Assembly: GCF_004010195.1 (NCBI RefSeq)
Contig: NC_057718.1
Span: 68,722,746-68,786,745 of the forward strand
Direction of reading: 5' to 3'
Origin: Chiloscyllium plagiosum
Lineage: Eukaryota
DNA: 64,000 nt
The position numbers were made by a program, and so were the translations under genes. Below, in pieces: positions 1 to 61,162 of the stretch (positions within the stretch are counted from its first letter, which is position 1; every line of letters starts with the position of its first letter). The notes beneath the pieces were generated by a model. That model made no database searches and was not told the DNA's origin. It saw nothing but the letters and a program-made list of their open reading frames with translations.

Positions 1-253
1 CCCCCCCGAGTATGAAGAACTCGTTCATTTCTTAAGAAATAAAAATCTACTGAAGTAGCATTGTGTAACTAGAGGAAAAATGCAAAAAAGCTTTAATCAA
101 ATATTCACTGGATTTAACCAGTGTAGCAGTGCTATTCATGTGTGATGTGTTGGATTTAAACTGGTTCTCATTTAGTACTGACCCTTACTTTACTAAGCAT
201 TTATGCTTAAATTTTACATTAATCAAACATATTTAATTGGCTTAATCTGGTAA

Positions 254-49552
<49,299 letters not shown>

Positions 49553-51240
49553 ACATGCCAGCACGATTAGCCTTAACTGCCTACTTGGTGGAAGGATCCT
49601 GTGCTCTGAAGTGTGTTTATATGGAAAAGAAAACCTTAGAAACACTTCTCAAATTCAGGTTTTGTTTGAGATAATATTAAACATACAAAGCAGTTGTTTG
49701 GACCATATCTGATATTTTTTCTACAGCTGTGCAAATGGTGTGAAACTTTGAGTAAAAGTTCTTCAGTAATTCGGTGCAAGCAAAAACTAAGTGAACTTTT
49801 TCTTTCTAACTTTACCCATTTCTTTCTATTTTTGTAATGCTTTCTTTCATGTTCTGTATTTTTGTAATACGTCCACTTTGTCCTTGAAACAAACACTTTG
49901 TGGAAGACATTGCCATATGATTTCAGTTTACTTTTCTATTATTTTGTGCAATTTGTAAAATGTTATGTCCTCTGTATTCTGTGAATGAAGTGAGCAAGAA
50001 TGAAATTGATCTTAAAACCAAGTTCAGGAGATTACAAAGAAAATGCTGTTTCAGAAAGGATTTCCAGATACCAATACAGTCAATTGATGGTCATGTAAGG
50101 AATCTAGCACAATAATGAAGACATTTAGAGGGGAAAATTCATGCTGTGCGCAACCTCCCATTGCTCCTCTCACTAAATTATAATTTCTATACTAAGATAT
50201 CAAGAATGCACCAGACCTCAAAAAATGAGTCTGAAGCATTCCAGCTTTGAGCAGTTCCATTTATTCTTCACCAAACTTTAAACCATTACACAATACTTCA
50301 TTTTTCCCTTTTTACTACCAGCTTTTGTAAAATCATGATAAAATATTACACTCTGGGGTGGCATTCTGAAAAACTTCCAAGAAATGGTTGGTTAAACTTG
50401 CTTTTCTTTTTGAAGTTTATGTGAATTGATTGTTTTGCAATATCACCAGTTTTTTTGACTGCTTTGCTTCATTGCTTAGCTTATCAAACCAGCGAAGAAA
50501 TTGCTGTTTGAAGTGTTAAATATTAATAACAGTATTGGCAACATAATTGTTATTCTCAGATGATCACTAGTTCTTTTCAGAGTCTAGCACCTGAAGTTTA
50601 GGGACTTTGTGCTATTCAGTTGCCAAAACTATCAAAGCCATTCTGATTAGAAATATTTTGTCGCTGATAGCCTTGCTTATATTTAAATTTACTATACAAA
50701 GATACTCTGCAAATATACTGATACATATACATTTATTAATCTAGGAGGATTATAACAGCATGTTTGCACCAAAGATGAGTATTTAATTTTGTATTTACAT
50801 TATTTTTGGATTATGAACAAATAAATGTTCCATGCTTATACATTTTTGAAATTTGACTTTATGCTATTCAAACAGAAAGCTGGAGAAAAGTAAATTTAAA
50901 TTCAATGGAAAATGTATTGGGGGAAAGAGAACAATTCTGCATTGGATGAGATGAAAAAGCTTCTGTACATAAAGCAATTATACTGGAACGGTTTGGAAAT
51001 ATAAATGCCTTCACTAACTATACTTCAGTGCTCAGGTTAAGACATGAAAATTGCACTAAAGTGGGAATTTTAAATTATTGAGATATGAACTTTAATTTCC
51101 AATCAGTTATGAATAATAGTTTGTGGAGTGTTAACTGTACACTATGTATATAAAATATGTAAATTATCATTCATGTATATTTGTTAAATGCCATGTAAGG
51201 AAATTTTGTTGGAATTAAATATCAGATTTATCATCTTGAC
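49553..51240 (+). other. Probable 3' UTR of the snx9-like gene with candidate poly(A) signals AATAAA (50820-50825) and ATTAAA (51214-51219)
   Basis: AU-rich, no recognisable repeats, follows the stop codon; both hexamers are present; the true 3' end cannot be determined from DNA. Confidence 0.6.
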
Positions 51241-51685
51241 CCTTCCATTATAGTCAGAACTTATGCGATGAACATCCAATTTGTAGGAGATAAAGTCATC
51301 TTGCCAAACTTTGGTTTCAATTGGTGAAATGGATTGGCAAAGAGAATTTTGTGCACAACCACTTCAGTAATGAGTTCCAGAAAAAGAAAACAAAGTGCAC
51401 AATTCAAATAGTTTCATTAAATTCCCTTTGCAGGAGTTATAATCTGAAGTATCTTTTTTTTTACATATTTCACCGAGTCAATGAGGCCTCTTTCTTTTTT
51501 TGGTTTCTGGTCAACCGCTTTGCTTTTGAGCAAGCTATTCTTTTACTATTTAAGTATCCAAGTGATTTATTTGTTATTATCTCCACTTTTGATGACTTAC
51601 TTCATTCAGTATCGACCACTGACGAACATCAAATTTCAGTGCAGCAAATGGTCTAGTTGTGCTATGACTTGACTGACTGAGCAGC

Positions 51686-52595
51686 ATCTGGATCACTGGT
51701 GCTGGAAGAGCACAGCAATTCGGATAGCATCCAACGAGCAGCGAAATCGATGTTTCGGGCAAAAGCCCTTCATCAGGAATAAAGGCAGAGAGCCTGAAGC
51801 GTGGAGAGAGTAGCATAGAGTACAATGGGTGAGGGTGGGGGTGGGGAAGAGAGTAGCATAGAGTACAATGGGTGAGTGGGGGAGGAGATGAAGGTGATAG
51901 GTCAGGGATGAGAGGGTGGAGTGGATAGGTGGAAAAGGAGCTAGGCAGGTCGGACAAGTCCGGACATGTTAAGGGGACAGTGCGGAGCTGGAGGTTTGAA
52001 ACTAGGATGAGGTTGGGGAAGGGTAAATGAGGAAGCTGTTGAAGTCCACATTGATGCCCTGGCGTTGAAGTGTTCCGAGGCGTTCTTCCTCCAGGCGTCT
52101 GGTGGTGAGGGAGCGGTGGTGAAGGTGGCCCAAAACCTCCATGTCCTCGGCAGAGTGAGAGGGAGAGTTGAAATGTTGGTCCACGGGGCGGTTTGGTTGA
52201 TTGGTGCGGGTGTCTCGGAGATGTTCCCTAAAGCGCTCTGCTAGGAGGCGCCCAGTCTCCCCAATGTAGAGGAGACCGCATCGGGAGCAACGGATACAAT
52301 AAATGATATTAGTGGATGTGCAGGTAAAACTTTGATGGATGTGGAAGGCTCCTTTAGGGCCTTGGATAGAGGTGAGGGAGGAGGTGTGGGCACAGGTTTT
52401 ACAGTTCCTGCGGTGGCAGGGGAAAGTGCCAGGATGGGAGGATGGGTCGTAGGGGGGCGTGGACCTGACCAGGTAGTCACGGAGGGAACGGTCTTGACGA
52501 GATGCGTTGGAGGGCATCTTTAACCATGTGGGAAGGGAAATTGCGGTCTCTAAAGAAGGAGACCATCTGGTGTGTTCTATGGTGGAACTGGTCGT
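51686..52595 (-). mobile_element. Penelope-like element 3' part: GIY-YIG endonuclease ORF remnant (52002-52517) + terminal unit with hammerhead core (51749-51776)
   Basis: PCHRRNCKTC, FTCTSTNIIYCIRCSRCGLLYIGETGRLLAERFREH, QGINVDF; CTGATGA-a-gggc tttt gccc-GAAAC-ATC downstream of the ORF. Confidence 0.92.
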
Positions 52596-53631
52596 GACAA
52601 GTAAATGAAGTCAGCATATCCCTTATTTTAATTTTATTCATAGTACCCACGGTCCTTGTGATATGATATTGAATCAATCTGACCAGGAAGGTTCCAGATT
52701 CAGTTTGGTTTGTGCAGAGGTCGTAGAGTGTGAGGACCAGTAATTACCTTAACTAATGAGGATGAAGCTAAGCCAAAGTTGTAATTTTTAATGCTAACTA
52801 GTAGCCTATGGAGCATCATTGAGAAAGGATGACAAGCAAAGGTAAGTTATGCTCTTGAAGATGAGTATTTTGGGACTATGTTCCAGAAGGTTTTTGGCAG
52901 AGGGCTAGAATAATTTGCCAACCTGCTACTTTGACAAGAGATGTGATCAGCATTGAAAGATGTATAAATATGGATAATAACTGTCTATCTAAACCAATGC
53001 ACACAGAAATATTTTTGTCTGTGTACAAGGGTGGCTTTATTAGCAAACATTGATTAAACTATAATTTGTAGACAAGGTCATATGAATAGGTTGCGTAGGT
53101 CATTTGGCCCCTCAAACCTGCTCTGTTGTTCAATAAGATCATGCTGACCTGATTGTGGACTTTATTCCATTTTCCTGCCTGCTCCTCCCTCCTCACCCAA
53201 TAGCTCTTGACTCCTTCCTCAATTAAAAATCTGTTAAACAAAGCTTTTGATATATTCAATGACTCAGTTTTCACTGCTATGTGGGAAAGACTTCAACATA
53301 CAAATGATCCCTGGATTCCTTTTCATCTCCATCTTGAATGGGAGAACATTTATTTTCAAACTGTGCTCCCAAATTCTAAATGTCCCCCATGAAAGGAAAC
53401 ATCCTCTCAGTATCTACCCTATCAAGTCCTTTTAAACTCCAACCTTTCCTCACAAAACAAACTTATTTTAATCTCAGAAATGAGTATAATGAATATTCTG
53501 AACTCTTTCCTAAGTAATGTCTGTCTCATAGATACTGTATTCCAGATTTGTGACCTCTTGCTTAAGACTATGCTCAGTCCTGATAAGAAGGATCCTGGAC
53601 TCAGCTTGGCTTTGTTGAATGAAGGTCCTGC

Positions 53632-53945
53632 CTTACAAATTTGATTCAATCCTTTGAGGAAGTCACAAGGAGGATCGATGAGGGTCTTGCAGTGGATGTT
53701 GTCTACATGGATTTTAGTAAGGCATTTGACAAGGTCACAAATGGCAGACTAGTCAATAAAGTAAAAGCCTGTGGGATACAGGGTAATGTGTCAAATTGGA
53801 TCCAAAGTTGGCTTAGTAACAGGAAACAAAAGGCAATGGTCAGCGGCTGCCATTGTGAATGGAAAGTTCTTTCAAATGGTGTTCTGCAGGGCTTGACGGT
53901 GGGACCCCTGCTGTTTGTTTTGTACATTAATGATTTCAATTTGAA
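53632..53945 (+). mobile_element. CR1 RT fragment
   Basis: VDVVYMDFSKAFDKV...QGLTVGPLLFVLYIND. Confidence 0.9.
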
Positions 53946-55430
53946 TGTGGGAGTGGGGGGTGTGGACCTAATGAGGGAATCGCGGCAATAGTTTCTGTGG
54001 AACGTAGATAGGCGTGGGGACAGAAATATGTCTCTGGTGGTAGCATCTGATTGTAGGTGGCAGAAATAGCAGAGGATAATGACCTGTATCTGGATATAAG
54101 TGGTGTGGAAGGTGAGGTTCTATCCTTGTTGTGGTTGAAGATTAGATTAGATTACTTAGTATAGAAACAGGCCCTTTGACCCAACAAGTCCACACCGACC
54201 CTCCGAAGAGCAACTCACCAGATCCATTCCCCTACATTTACCCCTTCACCTAACACTACGGGCAATTTAGCATGGCCAATTCACCTAACCTGAACATTTT
54301 TGGACTATGGGAGGAAATCGAAGCACCTGGAGGAAACCCACGCAGACACTGGGAGAATGTGTGCAATCTCCACACAGACAGTTGCCTGAGGCAGGAATTG
54401 AACCCAGGTCTCTGGCACTGTGAGGCAGCAGTGCTAACCTCTGCCACCGTACTGCCCAAGAAGAGGGGGTGTACAAAGGTGGAGGTGTGGGAAGTGGAGG
54501 AGAGGCACTGGAGGGCATTCTTGATCATGTGGGAGGGAAATCGTCCAAGAAATAGGAGGAAATCTAGGATGTCCTGGATTGGAATTGCTCCTCCTGGAAG
54601 CAGATATGGCGGAGACATAGGAATTGAGAGTGATGGATCATGTTTTTACAGGAGAGGGGGTGGGAGGAGGTGTAGTCCAGGAAGCTGTGGCAGTCTGTAG
54701 GTTTGAAATAGATGTTCATATTGAGTTGGTCGCCGGAAATTAAGACTGAGGGATCCAGGAAAGGGAAGGTGGTTTCCTGAGATGGTCCAGGTGAACTTAA
54801 GATCAGGGTGGAAGGTGTTAGTGAAGTTGATGAACTGCTCAACCTCCTTGTGCAAGCACGAGGTGGTATCGATACAGTCATCAACGTAGCAGAGAAAGGG
54901 GTTGGGGATGGTGCCTGTATAACTCTGGAAGATGGACTGTTCCACGTATCCTATGAAGAGGCAGGCATCGCTGCGGCACGTGGACGTCCATGGCTACCCC
55001 TTTAGTCTGGAGGTAGTGGGCAAATTCAAAGGAGCAGTTGTTGAGGCTGAGGACCATTCCACCAATCGAAAGTGTGTCAGTGGAGGGGTACTGGTTGGGT
55101 TAGTGGGAGAGGAAGAAATTGGCTTGTAGGCCTTTGTCATGGCGGATGGATGTGTAAGGGGCTCGATGTCTGTGGTGAAGATGAGGCATTTGGGGCTGGG
55201 GAAATGAAAGTCATGGAGGGTGTGGGTGGTGCACTGAATGTATGTGGGGAGTTCCTGGACCAAGTGGGATAGGACAGTGTCGTGATATGAGGAGATAAGT
55301 TTGGTGGGGCAGGAGCAGGCAGCGACAGTAGGTTGACCAGATCAGTAAGGTTTTTGTGGATTTTGGGTAAATAGTAGAACCTGGTGGTGCAGGGTTGTGG
55401 GTCAGGGAGATAATGGTTTGGTGAAGGGAG
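53946..55430 (-). mobile_element. Penelope-like element RT fragment, decayed, with nested HE1 SINE (54138-54458)
   Basis: RFYYLPKIHK, FLCYVDDCI, FPFLD, YFKPTDCHSFLDYTSSHP. Confidence 0.88.
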
Positions 55431-55700
55431 GTAAATGGTGGTAGGAAGATGTCTCTGTGGGGTCTGCGGAGGCGACATGTTACGTGTCAAATCTACTGCC
55501 TCATATTCACTTCATCTCTGCTCATGCACCCATCTCTCACCATCGGAGGCTATAGAGAGAGACACTGGGTACACAATCTGGAGAGCATCTCACTGACAGC
55601 TTAGGAAGAAATGCCCCAGTCATCTGGCACTTTGTGGTCTGCTGAGGCCAAGCACCAGCTATGCCCAGGCAGGAGAGGATCTATTATTCTTAATAGGATT

Positions 55701-55968
55701 GGAACATTGCTGGCGAGGCAGCATTTATTGCCAATCCTTAATTGCCAGCGAGCAGTTGAAAGTCAACCACGTGTAGGCCAGACCAGGTAAGGATTGAGTA
55801 GTGAAGAGATGGGTTTTTCTAACAATTAGAAATGGATTCATAATAGTCATTAGATTCTTAAATCCAGATATTTATTGGATTCAAATTCCACCTTTTTACC
55901 ATGGTGGGATTCGAATCCGGGTCCCATTAGCTGGGTCTCTGGATTAACAGTCATAATTCCACTCTGCC
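55701..55968 (-). mobile_element. tRNA-headed SINE sharing both 5' head and 3' tail with the Zenon-like LINE
   Basis: Reverse complement: ggcagagtgg...ggattcgaatcccaccatgg...ccttacctggtctggcctaca...ggcaattaaggattggcaataaatgctg. Confidence 0.8.
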
Positions 55969-56399
55969 ATTCTCCCCCAAGGAGAGGTTTTATTGGTGTC
56001 CAGCAATCAGTGATTTTAGGGACATCAGGCTGAACTAGCAGCTGCAGATTAATATTCTGACTACTGGGGGATGGACCTGCTGACTTCAATAATTACCACT
56101 GAGATTGTCTGATGCTTGAAAGCAGATTTAAGCCATATACAGCAATCTGATGGTGAATGACTATGGCCTTCAGTTTCAGAGTTGAGAATTTAGCATTTTA
56201 TAAAGGATTGGGAAATTTAACATATGTCATTCTTTTGTTTCTCCATTTAAGTGAAAGGGCTGTGATGGTAGTGAAAATCAGCAAAACCCATGCAGATATA
56301 CACAAGATAATTCTCTCCTGGACAAGTGATTGCATATTGGAGACTGAGATTAATGTCATTCCATAGTCAAATTATAACATTTAAGCTACTGACCATAGT

Positions 56400-56700
56400 A
56401 ATTCCAGACCCAAGTGAAAATAAAAAAAATGGAAAGAAACCAATTTTGATTTTGACTAATTTGCCAAATCATTACCAGAGTTGGACATTGGAGAGCCAGT
56501 AAGGATAGAAACCTTTCTGTAATAGTAATCCAAGTGGCAATTTGGAACTGCTGTAGAGTGGTGTCGCCTCAATTGTAGACATGAATGATCTGGAATACTG
56601 AAGTAATATGGATAGGAAGAAGCAGACCATAGAATCAGTCCCAGAGTCCATGGCAGCTCAACAATGGAAATTGAACAAGACCAAGTACCACAGGAAAAAT
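56400..56700 (+). mobile_element. Gypsy integrase C-terminal remnant
   Basis: FAKSLPELDIGEPVRIE reading, like the LPEL..G..V motif after the Gypsy integrase core; heavily decayed. Confidence 0.45.
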
Positions 56701-56861
56701 AATATGTAAAAGTAACTGCCTGGGGAAAGCAGAAATGAATGGCCAACAACAATGCACATATAGACCATTAAGAGTTTGGTGCAAGAAATCTGTGACTATT
56801 ATGAAAGAAGCTGGACAATATCTTTGTTGAAGTCGGAAGCAAATTATTTTCAAGCAGAGTT

Positions 56862-57155
56862 TGGGCAGGACATTGGTTAGCACCATGGCCTCACAGGGCC
56901 AGAATTCCAGGTTCAATTCTAGCATTAGGTGACTATTTGTATGGAGTTCATAAGTTTTTCCCTGTGTCTGCTTGGGTTTCCTCTCAGTCCAAAGATGTGA
57001 TGATTAAGTGGATTGGACATGCTAAATGGTCCTGTATTGTCCGGGGATGTGTTTGCGATGTGGATTAGCCATGGTAAATGTGGGGTTAGGGGATAGGGGT
57101 GGATCTGTGTCAGATGCTATTCAGTGGGCTGACTGGCCTCTATTTGCACTGTAGA
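56862..57155 (+). mobile_element. Older diverged V-SINE
   Basis: Head tggttagcaccatggcctcacag, V-domain and CR1-like tail, many substitutions. Confidence 0.8.
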
Positions 57156-57599
57156 GAATGAGTTCTGGGTGTCAAGGCAAGATTCTTGTTAATAGCCTTA
57201 TTAAATGTACCTTTCACTTCAAGCTTTCTACCTTACCATCCACTGCAAGGAAAATAAATATTGACAACTTCTGGCATTAAAATCAGAGTGGTTACCAGGT
57301 GACTTTAGCTTGATCCTCCAGGCTGCTACCTTGGACAGCAATCCCCAATGTCTCAGGACACAGTCATGGGCAGTTGTTGGACTGGCCCCTTATCCATAAA
57401 CATTTGCATCCAACACCTGCCAGCCTCTGTAGACTATCTTGGCACCTTTCCAATCCACTTATATGATGCTTCTGCACTTTAAACCTGCATTTTGGGCCAC
57501 AACTACAACTAACATTGAAATGCAGCTGTAAGTACACTTTGCATATAGGGACAGGCATTCAGCTCAGATTGGACTGGTCTATATCAATGCTGCTTGCTT

Positions 57600-57912
57600 G
57601 ATTAGATTAGATTAGATTACATTACAGTGTGGAAACAGGCCCTTCGGCCCAACAAGTCCACACCGACCTGCTGAAGCGAAACCCACCCATACCCCTACAT
57701 TTACCCCTTACCTAACACTACGGGCAATTTAGCATAGCCAATTCACCTGACCCTGCACATCTTTGGACTGTGGGAGGAAACCGGAACACCCGGAGGAAAC
57801 CCACGCAGACACTGGGAGAACGTGCAAACTCCACACAGTCAGTCGCCTGAGGCGGGAATTGAACCCGGGTCTCAGGCGCTGTGAGGCAGCAGTGCTAACC
57901 ACCGTGCCGCCC
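57600..57912 (-). mobile_element. HE1-type V-SINE (young)
   Basis: Complete, (TCTAA)n tail. Confidence 0.95.
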
Positions 57913-58002
57913 ACTTGATGTATTAGGTTCAAAGTGAGTGAGTGCTAACTGGATGCAGGTAGCATTCCTACCTAGCCGTGCCTCTCAGCGCAGTAACAGA
58001 GC

Positions 58003-58116
58003 TTATGCCTGAAACATCAACTCTCCTGCTCCTCTGATGCTGCCAGACCTACTGTGCTTTTCCAGCACCACACTTTTCGACTCTGATCTCCAGCAGCTGC
58101 AGTCCTCACTTTCTCA
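58003..58116 (+). mobile_element. Family A Penelope-derived short element truncated within hammerhead stem II
   Basis: 12-bp TSD cagtaacagagc at 57991-58002 and 58117-58128. Confidence 0.82.
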
Positions 58117-58164
58117 CAGTAACAGAGCCAGGCAGCTTGTCATGCTGGTTAGCAGTCCTCAGTC

Positions 58165-58620
58165 AAGAGTCATAGAGATGTACAGCATGGAAACAGTTCC
58201 TTAAGTCCAACTTGTCCATGCCAACCAGATATCCCAACCCAATCTAGTCCCACCTGCCAGCACCAGGCCCATATCCCTCCAAACCCTTTCTATTCATATA
58301 CCCATCCAGATGCCTAAAATGTTGCAATTGTACCAGCCTCCACCACTTCCTCTGGCAGGTCATTCCATACCCGTACCACCTGCTGCGTGAAAAAGTTGCC
58401 CCTTAGATCTCATTTATATCTTTCCCCCCTCACCCTAAACCTATGGCCTTTAGTTCTAGACTTCTCCCACCCCTAGGGAAAAGACTTTGTCTATTTATCC
58501 TATCCATGCCCCTCATGATTTTATAAACTTCTATAAGGTCACCCCTCAGCCTCTGATGCTCCAGGGAAAACAGCCCTAACCTATTAAACCTCTCCCTATA
58601 GCTCAAATCCTCCAACCCTG
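58165..58620 (-). mobile_element. CR1 3' fragment
   Basis: GLEDLSYRERFNRLGLFSLEHQRLRGDLIEVYK and CR1 tail. Confidence 0.9.
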
Positions 58621-59658
58621 AGGTGGTCATCTTGCTGAATGGCGCTTTGCTATGTTGATTTTATATCTGCAGTGTGTGCCAGAACAACCATAAGAGGATC
58701 CCAGCAAGCCATGCGTTCAGATGGATACCTCTGTAGTCCAGAGATTGGACCATGGTCAGCCCTATGCCTCAATAGCAGCAAATCTGGAGATTAGCACTAA
58801 CGTCATTTGGGGAGGTGTACAGGCATCAGTCAAGTGTATGGGTACTTCTCGTGTTGTGCTGTCTGGTTTGGTTGCACAAGGAAGGAGGGTATGGTTAGTC
58901 TGTCCAGTAAAGGCAAAGAGTTGGGGGGAGAAAATCAGCTGCTGCTGCAGGAGAAAAATTGTGTATTGGGGACTGCAGACTGAAAGGGAGGAAGTGACAG
59001 TCGTGAATGTAAGTGGAGCAATTTGGTTAAGACTCATGCAGAGAAGTTGGGTAGGGACCTGAGGGGGTGTGAGAGCTATGGGATTGATGTGGTGAGCTGC
59101 CCAGAATGGACTTTGGATGTTTGAGGCCTCACACATTGTGTAAAGTCAGAGCCAGGACATTATTATCTGAGGAGTACTTGCTATGGTCTTTTGACATCCT
59201 GATATTTGCAAAGGTGCAATGGCAAAGAAAATACCTGTGAGTGCACACAGGGTGGATGGGGTAAGTGCGACCTATGAAGGTGACCTTTCGAGGGCAACAG
59301 AGCTATTCACTAAAGAAGTCATATGCCTGCAGGTAACCAATTCCAATGAAACACGTACGCAGTGCCTCACTATACACCTCCCAACCCCAAACATTTCTGG
59401 CAAATTTGTGAAAGACCAACACCTTCAGTCACTGCCATACCAACTTTTGCACCTGGAGTAATAGTGCCTAGTATCTGCAGTCCCTTCCAATGTTTACATT
59501 GCCAACATGTGATGTAGCAGCTTCGAAAGACCACAAAGCCAAAGAAGTGGGAACTTGGTAGATCGTTCAGCCCCTTGAGCCTGCTCCACCACTTAATAGG
59601 ATCATGGCTGATCTGACACTCTTGCCCTTTCCCCATTACACTTGATTCCTCTACTGAT

Positions 59659-59965
59659 TAGCACTGCTGCCTCACAGCGCCAGAGACCCGGGTTCAATTC
59701 CCACCTCGGGCAACTGACTGTGTGGAGTTTGCACATTCTCCCAGTGTCTGTGTGGGTTTCCTCTGGGTGCTCCGGTTTCCTCCCACAGTCCAAAGATGTG
59801 CAGGTTAGGTGAATTGGCCATGCTAAAATGCCCATAGTGTTAGGTGAAGTGGTAAATGTAGGGGAATGGGTCTCTGTGGGTTGCGCTTCGGTGGATCGGT
59901 GTGGACTTGTTGGGCTGAAGGGCCTCTTTCCACACTGTAAGTAATCTAAGTAATCTGTAAGTAAT
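59659..59965 (+). mobile_element. 5'-truncated HE1-type V-SINE inside a minus-strand CR1 tail (about 59530-60185)
   Basis: TSD ctgat at 59654-59658 and 59966-59970. Confidence 0.9.
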
Positions 59966-60185
59966 CTGATCAAGGATCTATCTATCTCAGTCCCAGAACC
60001 CTCAGAAGAAATTCCTTGTCATCTCAGTCTTAAACTGGCATCCCTTAATTCTGAGACTATGGCCTCTGGTCCAAGACTCTCACTGAGGGGAAACATCCTC
60101 TCAGTATTTACACACTCAAACCCCTTAAGAATTTGAAGTGTTTCACTGACATCACCTCTCATTCTTCTAAATTCCAATGAGTAGA

Positions 60186-61162
60186 AGGAGGTATGATTAA
60201 TAAGTTTGCAGATGGCACCAAAATTGGAGGTGTAGTGAACAGTGAAGGTTACCTCAGAGTATAATGGGATCTTGATCAGATGGCTGAGTGGCAGATGGAG
60301 TTTAATTTAGATAAATGTAAGGTGCTGCATTTTGGAAAGGTTAATCAGGTCAGGACTTATACACATAGTGCTAAGATCCTGGGGAGTGTTTACCGAAACA
60401 AAGAGACTTTGGAGTGTAGGTTCATAGTTCCTTGAAAGTGGAGTCGCAGGTGATAGGATAGTGAAGAAGGCGTTTGGTATGCTTTATTGATCAGAGCAGT
60501 GAATATAGGAGTTGGAAGGTCATGTTGTGGCTGTACAGGACGTTAGTTAGACCACTGTTGGAATATTGCGTGCAATTCTGGTCTCCCTCCTATCAGAAGG
60601 ATGTTGTGAAACTTGAAAGGGTTCAGAATTTACAGATTTACAAGAATGTTGGAGGATTTGTGCCACAGGGAGAGGCTGAATTAGCTAGAGCTGTTTTCCC
60701 TGGAGCATTGGAGGCTGAGGAGTGATCTTTCAGAGGTTTATAAAATCATGAGGGTCATGGATAGGGTAAATAGACAGGATCTTTTCCCTGCAGTGGGGGA
60801 GTCCAAAACTAGAGGGCATAGGTTTAGGGTGAGAGGGGAAAAATTTAAAACGGACCTAAAGGGTAATGTTTTCACTATAACCTGTTGTTGTGTGATTTTT
60901 AACTTTGTAAACCCCAGTCCAACACCAGCATCTCCAAATCATGTTTTCACATAGAGCGTGGTGTATGTATGGAATGAGCTGCCAGAGGAAGTTGTACAAT
61001 TACAACATATAAAAGGCCTCTGGATGGGTCTACGAATACGAAGGGTTTAGAGGGATACCGACCAAGTGCTGGCGAATGAGTCGAGCTTAGGTTAGGATAT
61101 CTGGTCGGCATGGATGAGTTGGACCGAAGGATCTGTTTCCGTGCTGTACATTTCTATAACTC
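60186..61162 (+). mobile_element. CR1 3' fragment with a nested family B fragment (60876-60940)
   Basis: KFADGTKIG, LYRTLVRPLLEYCVQFWSP; insert flanked by 10-bp TSD atgttttcac (60866-60875, 60941-60950). Confidence 0.88.

Noticed and set aside
58620..59530. Possible Harbinger transposase remnant
   Set aside because: Only vague resemblance; no diagnostic DDE motif could be read
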